Shown piece after piece: positions 18,442 to 27,280 of a stretch of DNA of 64,000 bases (positions are counted from its first letter, which is position 1; each line of letters starts with the position of its first letter). This DNA comes from an uncultured bacterium (lineage in GTDB: Bacteria > 4484-113). The stretch lies in contig CAVVLL010000006.1 of the NCBI GenBank assembly GCA_963749125.1, positions 27,409-91,408 of the forward strand. Reading direction: 5' to 3'. Both the position numbers and the translations under genes were made by a program. The notes under the pieces were generated by a model. The model did no database searches, was not told the origin of the DNA, and saw only the letters and a program-made list of their open reading frames with translations.

Positions 18442-20022
18442 ATGGAAAGCTTGGAGATCTCACAATTCGGGCGAAATGAGCGGTTGGAGGTAGCCCTCCA
18501 CCTGAAGACGCACGAAGGCGACATAACCGCGCAAGTTTACCGCCGCTGCGAGATGCTGCTTGAATTCCTGGACAAGCACGAAGCACTGCGAGTTCTCCGC
18601 CAGCTTGTTTCGTCAGCGATTAAGTCGCTTGGCGAAGGCGACCTGGGCTACTTCCTTCTCATGCTCATTAGGCTGACCACGCGCAACCTCCAGCTTAAGC
18701 TAAGAATGGGGGATATCAGCCTGCTTGGCGAGGACATATTCATCGCCTTGAACGAGTACATATCATCGAACCCAAGCCCGAAGTATTCGCGAGAAGTTGT
18801 TGAAGAAGCCTACTTGAGGTTCACGAGCGATGAAGTCCGCGTGAAACTCCTGCAAGATTACATGCAGCACCATGAAATTGTGCTGTTCAGGCAGGTGGAG
18901 GAGCTGTCGCTGCTGGGCAAAGTCGCGCAGCTGACCGAAGGCGATTTGGTGCGCAATGCGCAGCTTCCCGAAGACCTGCTGTCGCAGTTGATGCGCATTT
19001 TGCAGGCGGACGATGTTGTGGCGTTTTTCAGGTCGCAGTACTTTCGCGTCGTATTCAGCAAACTGAGCGGCCAGGATCGCGAGCGCCAGGACCCCAACCA
19101 GATACTCGCTATCATTGACAGCAAGATGAAGCCAAGCCTTGATTCCGAGGTGCTGTCGTATTTCAAGCAGCTAATGAAGGAAGGGCACTACTGGGGCGTG
19201 CGCTACAAGCAGCGAGACATCACCGAGATGCTGGAAGATTACTATCCGCGCTTTAACGCCAGCCCGCCTGCGTCTAAGGTGCAGCGCATCTTGGACTTTG
19301 ACCTTGATAACCCGCTGACGCAGATATGCGTAGTCAATTCTTACATGACCTACGACCTGCATATCGACAACGAGAACTACGGGCTGATATTCGTGAACCG
19401 CTCCAAGCCGCCGGACTTCAATGAAGATGATTACCGCTTCCTTACTACGTTTAGCGGGACGCTGAAGCAAATCATCGGAAACGTCATTCTTACAAACCGC
19501 TTGAAAGAGATGGCGACGACCGACCCGCTAACGGGCGTGAACAATCGCCGCCAGTTTGAAGCGTTTATAGAAATTGAAATCACCAGGGCGTCGCGCTATA
19601 ACAATTCCGTCGGCATGGCAATGGTAGATATCGACCACTTCAAAGACATCAACGATACGTTTGGCCACCAGGCGGGAGACTATGTGCTGGCCGAGTTGTG
19701 CCGGGTGTTGTCGGAAGGCCTGCGCGCGACTGAAATCATCTCCCGCTACGGCGGCGAGGAATTCGCTGTCATCATCCCGCAAGCTGACCTGGACGTGCTA
19801 CGCGTCGTTGGTGAGAAAATTCGTTCGCTGATAGAGAACAACAAGTTTGTGTATAACGGGCTGAAGCTACCCATAACGGTCAGCGTCGGGCTGGCGCTAT
19901 TCCCGCAAATGGCGATTGACAAAGACAGCCTTATTGAGGCTGCAGATAAGGCGCTTTACATAGCGAAGAACAGCGGCCGCAACCGCGTCCAAATTAGCGC
20001 TGGGGTAGGGGTGGAACGCTGA
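18442..20022 (+). CDS. Diguanylate cyclase with an unrecognised N-terminal region and partial GAF-like segment
   Basis: TDPLTGVNNRR, DIDHFKDINDTFGHQAGD, RYGGEEF. Confidence 0.9.
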   Translation: MESLEISQFGRNERLEVALHLKTHEGDITAQVYRRCEMLLEFLDKHEALRVLRQLVSSAIKSLGEGDLGYFLLMLIRLTTRNLQLKLRMGDISLLGEDIFIALNEYISSNPSPKYSREVVEEAYLRFTSDEVRVKLLQDYMQHHEIVLFRQVEELSLLGKVAQLTEGDLVRNAQLPEDLLSQLMRILQADDVVAFFRSQYFRVVFSKLSGQDRERQDPNQILAIIDSKMKPSLDSEVLSYFKQLMKEGHYWGVRYKQRDITEMLEDYYPRFNASPPASKVQRILDFDLDNPLTQICVVNSYMTYDLHIDNENYGLIFVNRSKPPDFNEDDYRFLTTFSGTLKQIIGNVILTNRLKEMATTDPLTGVNNRRQFEAFIEIEITRASRYNNSVGMAMVDIDHFKDINDTFGHQAGDYVLAELCRVLSEGLRATEIISRYGGEEFAVIIPQADLDVLRVVGEKIRSLIENNKFVYNGLKLPITVSVGLALFPQMAIDKDSLIEAADKALYIAKNSGRNRVQISAGVGVER

Positions 20023-21284
20023 TGTATGAGGCATTCTTCGCCGAGAATTATGAACGGTTGCACCCTAATGCCAGGCTGTTCCACGACTTGCTGGAAGCCA
20101 TCTCGCGCATCACTAACCTTATTGAGTTTAAAGACGCGCACCACAGTGAACGGGTCGCCTTGAACAGCATGCGGCTTGCCCGCGAGGTCGGTGTAAACGA
20201 CAAAAGCGCCCTTGCACAGGTATATTTCGCCGGACTGCTGCACGACGTGGGCGAAGTTGGGATACCCGACGTGATGCTCCACAAGAAGGGTAAGCTTAGC
20301 GAAGAGGAGTTCCAGCTTCTAACTACGCACACTGCGATTGGCCAGCAAATTGCGAGCCAGGTCGCAATTCTTGATATCGCGTCTAACTTGATACTTTGGC
20401 ACCACGAGCGGTGGGATGGGAGCGGTTATCCAGAAGGGCTGACGGCAGACGAAACGCCGATGCTGGCGCAGATAGTCTCCGTCTGCGATGCCTTCGATAA
20501 CATTCGCCGGGGCGGGCTGTTTAGTCATCCAGAAGATTGGGAAGCTGAGCTGGTTCGATATGCCGGTATCCAGTTCAACCCGATGCTGGTTGCGCCACTA
20601 ATCACGCTAACGCAGCACGGGCATACTGACGATATTGAGCGTTCGGCTGAAGATGAAGACGTCATCGAAGCGATTGAACGGCAAGAAGACGTCATTGAGC
20701 CGTTGCGCAAGGGTTATATCGGCATCATCATGAACTTTATGCTTACACTGATGGAGGCGAAGCACAAAGAGTCTGCCGTGCACAGCAGGCGAGTAGCGCG
20801 GCTGTGCGAGACTATGGCGGAGCGGATGAACTTGTCGCCGTTGGAGAAGGAAACATTGACCATCGCAGGTCACCTCCACGATATCGGCAAGATGGGCATT
20901 CCGAACTCCATCATTGAGAAGCACGGCATGCTTGATGATTGGGAATACAGCCTTGTGCAGCAGCATCCTGTCCATGCGGCGTCTATTCTGGAGCCGCTGG
21001 TCGGATTTGAGGATGTGCGCAAGACCATCATGTATCACCACGAGCGCTGGGATGGCAGCGGTTATCCTGAAGGGTTAAGCGGCAAGGACATTCCGCTTCT
21101 TTCGCGGGTGTTGCACATGTGCGACCTAGCGGATGCTTTGTCACACGTGCGTATCTTGTCTCGCAGGAAAGCTGGTAAGACGCGATACGTCATCGAAGAT
21201 GGATACGAGAGTTACTTCGACCCTGAGCTTTCGCAATACTTTGATGGCGGGAAAGATGGTATTGATATGAAGGAGGCGGACTGA
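20022..21284 (+). CDS. Tandem HD-GYP phosphodiesterase
   Basis: Two domains: LLHDVG...HHERWDGSGYPEGL...CDAFD and HLHDIG...HHERWDGSGYPEGL...CDLAD. Confidence 0.92.
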   Translation: MYEAFFAENYERLHPNARLFHDLLEAISRITNLIEFKDAHHSERVALNSMRLAREVGVNDKSALAQVYFAGLLHDVGEVGIPDVMLHKKGKLSEEEFQLLTTHTAIGQQIASQVAILDIASNLILWHHERWDGSGYPEGLTADETPMLAQIVSVCDAFDNIRRGGLFSHPEDWEAELVRYAGIQFNPMLVAPLITLTQHGHTDDIERSAEDEDVIEAIERQEDVIEPLRKGYIGIIMNFMLTLMEAKHKESAVHSRRVARLCETMAERMNLSPLEKETLTIAGHLHDIGKMGIPNSIIEKHGMLDDWEYSLVQQHPVHAASILEPLVGFEDVRKTIMYHHERWDGSGYPEGLSGKDIPLLSRVLHMCDLADALSHVRILSRRKAGKTRYVIEDGYESYFDPELSQYFDGGKDGIDMKEAD

Positions 21285-22210
21285 TGCATACTAACCGCGA
21301 GTTTGCCACCTTCCCGCATTTCTTCCGGGAGACAATAAGGCTTTACCGCCACACGAACATCATCTACCTTAACGCTGTAGCCGGAAACACCGAACAGTTC
21401 ATCAAGCGAAACTTCAGGGTGCGGCTGATTACGAACACTGTGCTACCGGGGACATACGAGCACAACCTGGCGCTTATTGAGAACGACCACTTCATGCTGT
21501 CTAGTGTCGACCTGCGGCGCTTGCAGCAAATCGCCGACGCGTTAAGCGAGGATGAAAGCAAGGCAGCTGAAATGACGATAAACGGCGTGTGCTTGCCGGA
21601 ATACATATGGGCGTATTGGGATGAGATAAAGCAGCTGCCGGCTGCCGAGCGTACGCCTTACCACAGGGCGACGCTGCATTACTACATGACGCAGGTCTGC
21701 AAGTATTACCTGAACGGCACGAAGGGCTCATTCTCCAAGCAGCCGCTTAGCGATATCGCGCGGTTCTACCTGCGCGAAGTCAAGCGCCCATTCAGGGGCA
21801 ACCGCGAAGTGAACGAGTCGCACTTGAGGATGGACAGGGAAACGCTGCTGGATATTTCGGCGCGCATCCTCATCGTGGACATACCGCCGATTCGCGGTTA
21901 CAAGGCGTTGCCCGCGTTCATGCAGATGCGCGAGGTTCTCCTGAATGAAGACTTCAGCTTAGGGGACACCTTCCCGCCCGAATACTTCCTAGGTTCGACG
22001 TTCCCTTCACAGGAAAGGTATTTGGAATGGATCCGCGAATACCTTGAGCACTGCCAGCATATTGAGTTTTGGCTGCTGATACTGCGCAGCGAGGCGTTCG
22101 TGCCCGAGCTTACGAAGATGCTGGAAGAAATCGGCCGCCGCAGCCGCATCTTCTCTTACGCCATCAGCGGCAACCACCGTTTCACATACCTTCTCGTGCA
22201 GCAGGCGTAA
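21284..22210 (+). CDS. Hypothetical protein coupled to the GGDEF/HD-GYP genes
   Basis: 308-aa ORF; ATG overlaps the upstream TGA (TGATG); no family recognised. Confidence 0.8.
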   Translation: MHTNREFATFPHFFRETIRLYRHTNIIYLNAVAGNTEQFIKRNFRVRLITNTVLPGTYEHNLALIENDHFMLSSVDLRRLQQIADALSEDESKAAEMTINGVCLPEYIWAYWDEIKQLPAAERTPYHRATLHYYMTQVCKYYLNGTKGSFSKQPLSDIARFYLREVKRPFRGNREVNESHLRMDRETLLDISARILIVDIPPIRGYKALPAFMQMREVLLNEDFSLGDTFPPEYFLGSTFPSQERYLEWIREYLEHCQHIEFWLLILRSEAFVPELTKMLEEIGRRSRIFSYAISGNHRFTYLLVQQA

Positions 22211-22212
22211 GC

Positions 22213-23055
22213 CTAGAACGCTCCAAGGTCAAGCAAGTCCTCATGAACCGGAACTTCATGCTCCGCCATGAACGCCGTGCCATCGGAACACTGCGGCCCA
22301 AATGGGCACCAGTGGCACAGGATTGACGGCTTGGCTGCGAATTCCTCCATTGTTTCTATGCGGCGGACAAGCTCCTTGATCTCCCGCTCAAGCTCAAGCT
22401 TTACTTCCGGCGCGAAGGAATAAGTTTCAATGATGTCGCCTTCTTCAAGGAGGTGATACAGCCGGTAGGTGACTATCGGCCTGCCATACTTGGTGAGGCA
22501 GCCGAAATAGTAGATGCGCGCCTGGCGCTCGTCCTGTGGGCGGCGCTTGCCCGTCTTCCAATCGTGGACGTAGACGTTCCCGCCCAGCCCTGTGGCAAGG
22601 TCCAGCCGCCCGGAAATCTCCAGGCCTGCCAGCGAATACCTGCCGAGGTCTTCTTCAATCCCTAGCAGCTTCTGCTCAGCCAGGCTTGGCAGCACTTTTG
22701 ATGTGAACGCATAGAGCGCCGCATTCGCCTGGCCGATGTAATGTTCAAGCGGTTGGCCCGGGCGGATGATCCTGACGCTTCCAGCATTGACCGATACGCG
22801 CAGTTCCGCTTCAAGGCGCGAGACAATCGGATCATACCACTTCGCGTTGCCGATGCGAGGTATCACCGAACGGTGGCGGGCTTTTATCTGTTGAAATAGC
22901 TGGGCGATGGACTGGTGGACGATGTTGCCGACTTCCCATTCCACGGGCGTGAAGCTGCGCTGAGCCCTGGCATTGTATTGAAAGTCGTAGTATTTTGGGC
23001 ACTGCTCAAACGTAGAAATCTTGGTTGCCGACAGCTTAGACAGTTTCGGAGGCAT
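22213..23055 (-). CDS. PD-(D/E)XK nuclease, RecB/AddB/Cas4-like, with probable 4Fe-4S staple
   Basis: LSATKISTFEQCP, GNIVH, GRLD...VHDWKTG, CHWCPFGPQC. Confidence 0.85.
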   Translation of the reverse strand: MPPKLSKLSATKISTFEQCPKYYDFQYNARAQRSFTPVEWEVGNIVHQSIAQLFQQIKARHRSVIPRIGNAKWYDPIVSRLEAELRVSVNAGSVRIIRPGQPLEHYIGQANAALYAFTSKVLPSLAEQKLLGIEEDLGRYSLAGLEISGRLDLATGLGGNVYVHDWKTGKRRPQDERQARIYYFGCLTKYGRPIVTYRLYHLLEEGDIIETYSFAPEVKLELEREIKELVRRIETMEEFAAKPSILCHWCPFGPQCSDGTAFMAEHEVPVHEDLLDLGAF

Positions 23056-23085
23056 ATTCTAGGATAGCATACACACTGTCCTGCT

Positions 23086-23889
23086 GTGAGCCATTTCAGG
23101 CATGATAGAATCGCATTGATGAAGGCGCTCCTGGATATCACGATGCTTGAGAACAAGAAGCTGGCGGGAAGCCTATGGCTCGCTAGTTTCAAGGTTGAAG
23201 ATGGCGCGCATGTCCTTGCGGGAGCGCGTGCTGGTATGTTCGCGATGATAAGGTGCAGCTGCGATGAGAAGCTAAGCTTCCGCAGGCCTTTCTCATTCGC
23301 CGAAGTTGATGCGCCGAACAACACATTCGCCGTTTACTACCGGGTCGTCGGAGGCCAGACGCAGTGCCTCGCTGAGAACAGGCCCGGAGACATATTGAGC
23401 GCCGTGCTGCCCATCGGCAACTCCTTCACGCTGCCCAAAGAGGGCGAAGAGGCAGTTTTCGTCGGCGGCGGAGTGGGGCTTGCTCCTCTGTTGATGCTTG
23501 CGCGCGAGATTGCCGGAGCTAGTTACAGCGAGCCTCGTTTCTACCTGGGAGCTCGGACTGATGATGACCTGACGCGCGAATATGTAAGCCAGTTTCCCGC
23601 TAAGTTCAGCTTTGCGACGGACGACGGGAGCTATGGGCACAAGGGAACGGTTGTGGAGCTTCTCCAGCGCGATGGGTTCGGAGCAAAGGATAAGGTCTAT
23701 GCATGCGGCCCGAAGCCTATGCTGAAAGCACTGGCAGTCGCATTGCCTGGAAACGTTGCTGCAGAAGCAAGCCTGGAAGAAGTGATGGCATGCGGTATAG
23801 GCGCGTGTTACGGGTGCGCTGTTAAGACGACCGGCAGCGGCGTAGACGAAATGAAGCTCGTATGCAAAGATGGGCCTGTCTTAATATGA
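23086..23889 (+). CDS. pyrK: Dihydroorotate dehydrogenase electron transfer subunit
   Basis: RRPFS, VGGGVGLAPL, YACGPKPML, MACGIGACYGC...CKDGPV. Confidence 0.9.
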   Translation: MSHFRHDRIALMKALLDITMLENKKLAGSLWLASFKVEDGAHVLAGARAGMFAMIRCSCDEKLSFRRPFSFAEVDAPNNTFAVYYRVVGGQTQCLAENRPGDILSAVLPIGNSFTLPKEGEEAVFVGGGVGLAPLLMLAREIAGASYSEPRFYLGARTDDDLTREYVSQFPAKFSFATDDGSYGHKGTVVELLQRDGFGAKDKVYACGPKPMLKALAVALPGNVAAEASLEEVMACGIGACYGCAVKTTGSGVDEMKLVCKDGPVLI

Positions 23890-23905
23890 GGAGCATACTC
23901 TTCTA

Positions 23906-24379
23906 ATGACGAGATTGGCACCAATCCTCAGCACGAGCGCCGAACAAACCAAAGATATCGCACGGCGCATTGCGGCCGCGCTTCCCGAAGGTATCGTCGC
24001 TATACTCCTAATCGGCGAGCTTGGTGCAGGCAAAACGACCTTCGTGCGAGGTATCGCTGAAGGCCTTGGGATTACAGGGAGGGTGACGAGCCCATCGTTC
24101 CTGATGATGAAGGAGCATTCAGGCAAGCGCACGCTCCGGCACATAGACCTATACCGTATAGCACAAGCCAGCGAGCTTGCGCCGCTCGGCGTGCTGGAAG
24201 ACATACCGCCTGATGCAGTCGTCGTGATTGAGTGGGCGGATCGCATCACGCTTGATATTACGCCGCATCACATTACTGTGAACTTCCACATTCTAGAGAA
24301 ACAAGATGAGCGGGAGTTGCTGATAACGCAAGAAGGCTTCGCTAGTTGGGAGGTGGCAGATGTACTGCGCGTTGATTGA
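23906..24379 (+). CDS. tsaE: t6A biosynthesis ATPase
   Basis: GELGAGKTTFVRG, VTSPSF, HIDLYR, IEWADR. Confidence 0.95.
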   Translation: MTRLAPILSTSAEQTKDIARRIAAALPEGIVAILLIGELGAGKTTFVRGIAEGLGITGRVTSPSFLMMKEHSGKRTLRHIDLYRIAQASELAPLGVLEDIPPDAVVVIEWADRITLDITPHHITVNFHILEKQDERELLITQEGFASWEVADVLRVD

Positions 24380-25028
24380 CACATCAGGCGGCGGCATACT
24401 CATCGGCATCGCCGACGTGGAAGGGCGCGTTATTTCCGCCATAGATGTCCCGCACACGAAAGAGAACGCTACGAGGATTTCAGAGCACTTCGCATCCACG
24501 CTGGAAACGGCGGGCATCCGCATCGGGAAAGTGGAGTATGTTTGCACAGGCTGTGGCCCAGGGTCGTTCATCGGAACGAGGACAGGCGTGTCATTCGCCA
24601 ACGGCCTTACCTCCTCGTCAGGCATGCGTGTGCTCGGAGTTGGCAGCATGGAAGCTGCGGCCGCCGAGCATTCATACAACGCAGCTAATGTAATGGTCGT
24701 GCGCGAAGCCAGGCGAAACTCGGTCTTTGCAGGCGTTTACCGGAAGGGCGACGGAGGGCTGCGAACGCTAGGCGAGAACGAGACATCGCTTAATGACCTG
24801 CAGGAAATCGTTGATGGTGCTGCGAAGCTGGCGCAAGACGGCAGCCTCGTTATTGTCACCGACAGTATGGCCATGCGCGATGCGGTTGGTGCGCGAAACG
24901 GCCTGCGCGCGACATTGTTGTTTAAGCCAAACGTGGTTGATCTTCGCGGCATCGCCTTGCTCGCCGCGGCGAGGCGCGGCAATGCAGGGGCGGCGGCCGA
25001 GGCCAGGTATCTGAGGCAGCCGGTATGA
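24360..25028 (+). CDS. tsaB: t6A biosynthesis protein TsaB
   Basis: LIDTS, GCGPGSFIGTRTG, EARRNSVF; follows tsaE. Confidence 0.88.
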   Translation: MYCALIDTSGGGILIGIADVEGRVISAIDVPHTKENATRISEHFASTLETAGIRIGKVEYVCTGCGPGSFIGTRTGVSFANGLTSSSGMRVLGVGSMEAAAAEHSYNAANVMVVREARRNSVFAGVYRKGDGGLRTLGENETSLNDLQEIVDGAAKLAQDGSLVIVTDSMAMRDAVGARNGLRATLLFKPNVVDLRGIALLAAARRGNAGAAAEARYLRQPV

Positions 25029-25047
25029 ACGCTAAAGGACATAATGA

Positions 25048-26034
25048 ATGATGACTTTCGCACAGAGGTTTGTCGGCGCGTCAAGCGCTAAGAAGACGCT
25101 GCTCGCATTGGGCATGGATCCCGATTTCGGGCGGATTAAGCGAGACTTTGCAGAATCAGTGATTGAGATTGCGCCCGAGGCATCCAAGTTAATCAACGGC
25201 ATTCAAGGCGCTAAGCTTGAAGGCGCAAACTGGCTGCCCGATGGATTCGCGCGCGATTACTCGCAGCTTCTCGGATACTGCACGCAGACAATCTTTGCGC
25301 TCAAAGACGAGGTCATCGGCGTGAAGTTTCAAATCGCATACTTTGAAGAAGCCGGGCCGCTTGGGCTGCAGGCGCTGTCAGCATTAGTAGCCTTTACCAA
25401 AGAGCTTGGGCTGCTTGTGATCATGGACGCCAAGCGAGGGGATATCGGCAGCACGTTTACGCGCTACTTGAATACTTATCTCTCCAACACCGGCGCGCCA
25501 CTTTCGCTGGAATCAGACGCTATGACAGTCAACCCGCTCGTGGGAACGGACACATGGGATCTGTTCCTGCCATACTTAAAGCGAGGCAAGGGCATTTTCT
25601 TGCTTACATACCCCACCGCGCCAGGCGCTGAGGCTATTATGGAAGCGGAAATTGGCGGCCAGCCGCTGTGGAGAATACTTGGTTTCGCTGCGAACGAGAT
25701 GGTCGTGCGCAATCAGTTTGAGTGCGAGCCAGCGAACCTTGGCCTGGTGATGGGAGCGCTTCGCCCGCCGATGGCGGAACGGATTCGAGAGGTGTGCCCA
25801 GGGGGTATCTTCCTTGTCCCAGGCGTAGGGACGCAAGGCGGGTCGATGAAGGATGCGCCCGCGTTCACGGGCGGGCATAACTGGGCGTTGTTCCCAGTTA
25901 GCCGCGCGCTGCTTTACTCGTATGCAGACGCGCCATTTGACGCGAAGACGATAGGGCAGACCTTCTGGGAGGTAAGCCTAGAGCAAGCGCGCATATTCAA
26001 CTCGGAACTACGTGGAGTGCTGCGGTTCAGCTAG
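25048..26034 (+). CDS. pyrF: Orotidine-5'-phosphate decarboxylase (subfamily 2)
   Basis: LGMDPD, KFQIAYFE, MDAKRGDIGST, LVPGVGTQGG, VSRALLY. Confidence 0.92.
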   Translation: MMTFAQRFVGASSAKKTLLALGMDPDFGRIKRDFAESVIEIAPEASKLINGIQGAKLEGANWLPDGFARDYSQLLGYCTQTIFALKDEVIGVKFQIAYFEEAGPLGLQALSALVAFTKELGLLVIMDAKRGDIGSTFTRYLNTYLSNTGAPLSLESDAMTVNPLVGTDTWDLFLPYLKRGKGIFLLTYPTAPGAEAIMEAEIGGQPLWRILGFAANEMVVRNQFECEPANLGLVMGALRPPMAERIREVCPGGIFLVPGVGTQGGSMKDAPAFTGGHNWALFPVSRALLYSYADAPFDAKTIGQTFWEVSLEQARIFNSELRGVLRFS

Positions 26035-26078
26035 CCGTCAGACTAGGCTGGCGAAGATAGTGGCTGGCTATCGTCCGG

Positions 26079-27152
26079 CTACTTAATCGGCGAGAACACC
26101 AGCTTGTATTCGTAGGTAGCAAGCTTGACGCCCGGGATAGACTTTGCGGCGAAGCGCAGCTCGTTCGGAATAACTGGCGAAAGCACTATCGCGCGCACTT
26201 CCTTCCCGCCCATGTTCTCGTTAGCCCAGCCGATGTTCACAAGAAGGTCAGTAATGAATTGGTGTCCCGGCGGTTCGGTGAATACCTTTAGGATGACGAT
26301 TCCGCCCTTCGGGTCCAGGGCAAGGATGTCTGACGGGCTGAGGGGCACAGGGAACTTAGACATGATGCCGGGATCCGAGTGCGCCTTGAGGCCTTCTTCA
26401 ACTTCGTGGAGCCTGTCAGCAAGAATTTCGTGCAACTGCGCAGATTGTTCCATTTTCTTCTCCAAATCTCCTTGCGGCATATTGTCAGAAACCTGCGCTT
26501 CGGCAGGCTGTTTGGGCGGAGCGGGCTGGTGCTGCGGTGGCGGCTCTTTCTTGGCTGCTACCGGCGGCACAGGCACAACAGGTGGCGCTGAGGGAGCGGC
26601 TGGGGCGTGTGGAGCCACAGGCTTCGGCGCATCTTCGGTTTCGACGAGTTTAGCCTTGCCGTGAATCTTCGCTGATGGTTGGGCAGAGGCAGCCTCAGGT
26701 TGATCCTTGGCGGCTGGCACCTCTAGTGGTTGGGACTTCGTGGGTGCTACCGCTGCCGGTTGCGGGCTTGCAGCTTTGCGGACGGTAAGCTCACCTTCAA
26801 CGTCCGCGATCTCCCACAGCTCATGGACCGCTGGGTCGTATTTCACATACTGCCCGAAGTCAATGCGGTAGAGGGAATCCAAGGATGGGTCAGTGGCCAG
26901 GCGCGGCCGCTGGTTTTCAGGAAAGCTCACGCGGGTAGGCATGTTCACGCAGCTTATCGTCACCTGCGAGCGTATCCTTCCCTCATCCACCTGTGGATAT
27001 TTCTTCCGCGCGTAGCGGACGATTTCAGAAGGCGTCGTCGGCTGCTCCAGGTTTTCTAGAGCTTCAAGGACGATATCTGAAGGCGACTTGTCAGCCATTA
27101 ATTTACCCAAGGAACAGAGCGACAACTCCGAGTGCACGTGCGTCTCGGACAT
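26079..27152 (-). CDS. Three-part protein: helical/wHTH-like N-domain, Pro/Ala linker, degenerate NucS-like endonuclease-fold C-domain
   Basis: C-terminal SDILALDPKGGIVILK resembles NucS-type xDILAxDxxGxxVxIExK without the E-x-K; linker PAPSAPPVVPVPP. Confidence 0.6.
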   Translation of the reverse strand: MSETHVHSELSLCSLGKLMADKSPSDIVLEALENLEQPTTPSEIVRYARKKYPQVDEGRIRSQVTISCVNMPTRVSFPENQRPRLATDPSLDSLYRIDFGQYVKYDPAVHELWEIADVEGELTVRKAASPQPAAVAPTKSQPLEVPAAKDQPEAASAQPSAKIHGKAKLVETEDAPKPVAPHAPAAPSAPPVVPVPPVAAKKEPPPQHQPAPPKQPAEAQVSDNMPQGDLEKKMEQSAQLHEILADRLHEVEEGLKAHSDPGIMSKFPVPLSPSDILALDPKGGIVILKVFTEPPGHQFITDLLVNIGWANENMGGKEVRAIVLSPVIPNELRFAAKSIPGVKLATYEYKLVFSPIK

Positions 27153-27280
27153 TCATGCATATTGTATCAGAAGTCCAGCGTAAAGCGCCATATTCAGCTA
27201 AAGGCGCAGCAAATCAGGCTAATAGTATCTGCTCAGTGCGCGAGTGCTAAAATCTAGGCCGATTCACTTACTCTCTGGAG

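Noticed and set aside
19621-19770. GGDEF enzyme as a Hypr (3'3'-cGAMP) synthase because of the tandem HD-GYP neighbour
   Set aside because: It keeps the Asp in GHQAGD typical of c-di-GMP-specific cyclases, not the Ser of Hypr enzymes.
22213-23055. CRISPR-Cas locus around the Cas4-like gene
   Set aside because: No repeat-spacer array or other cas gene anywhere in the window.
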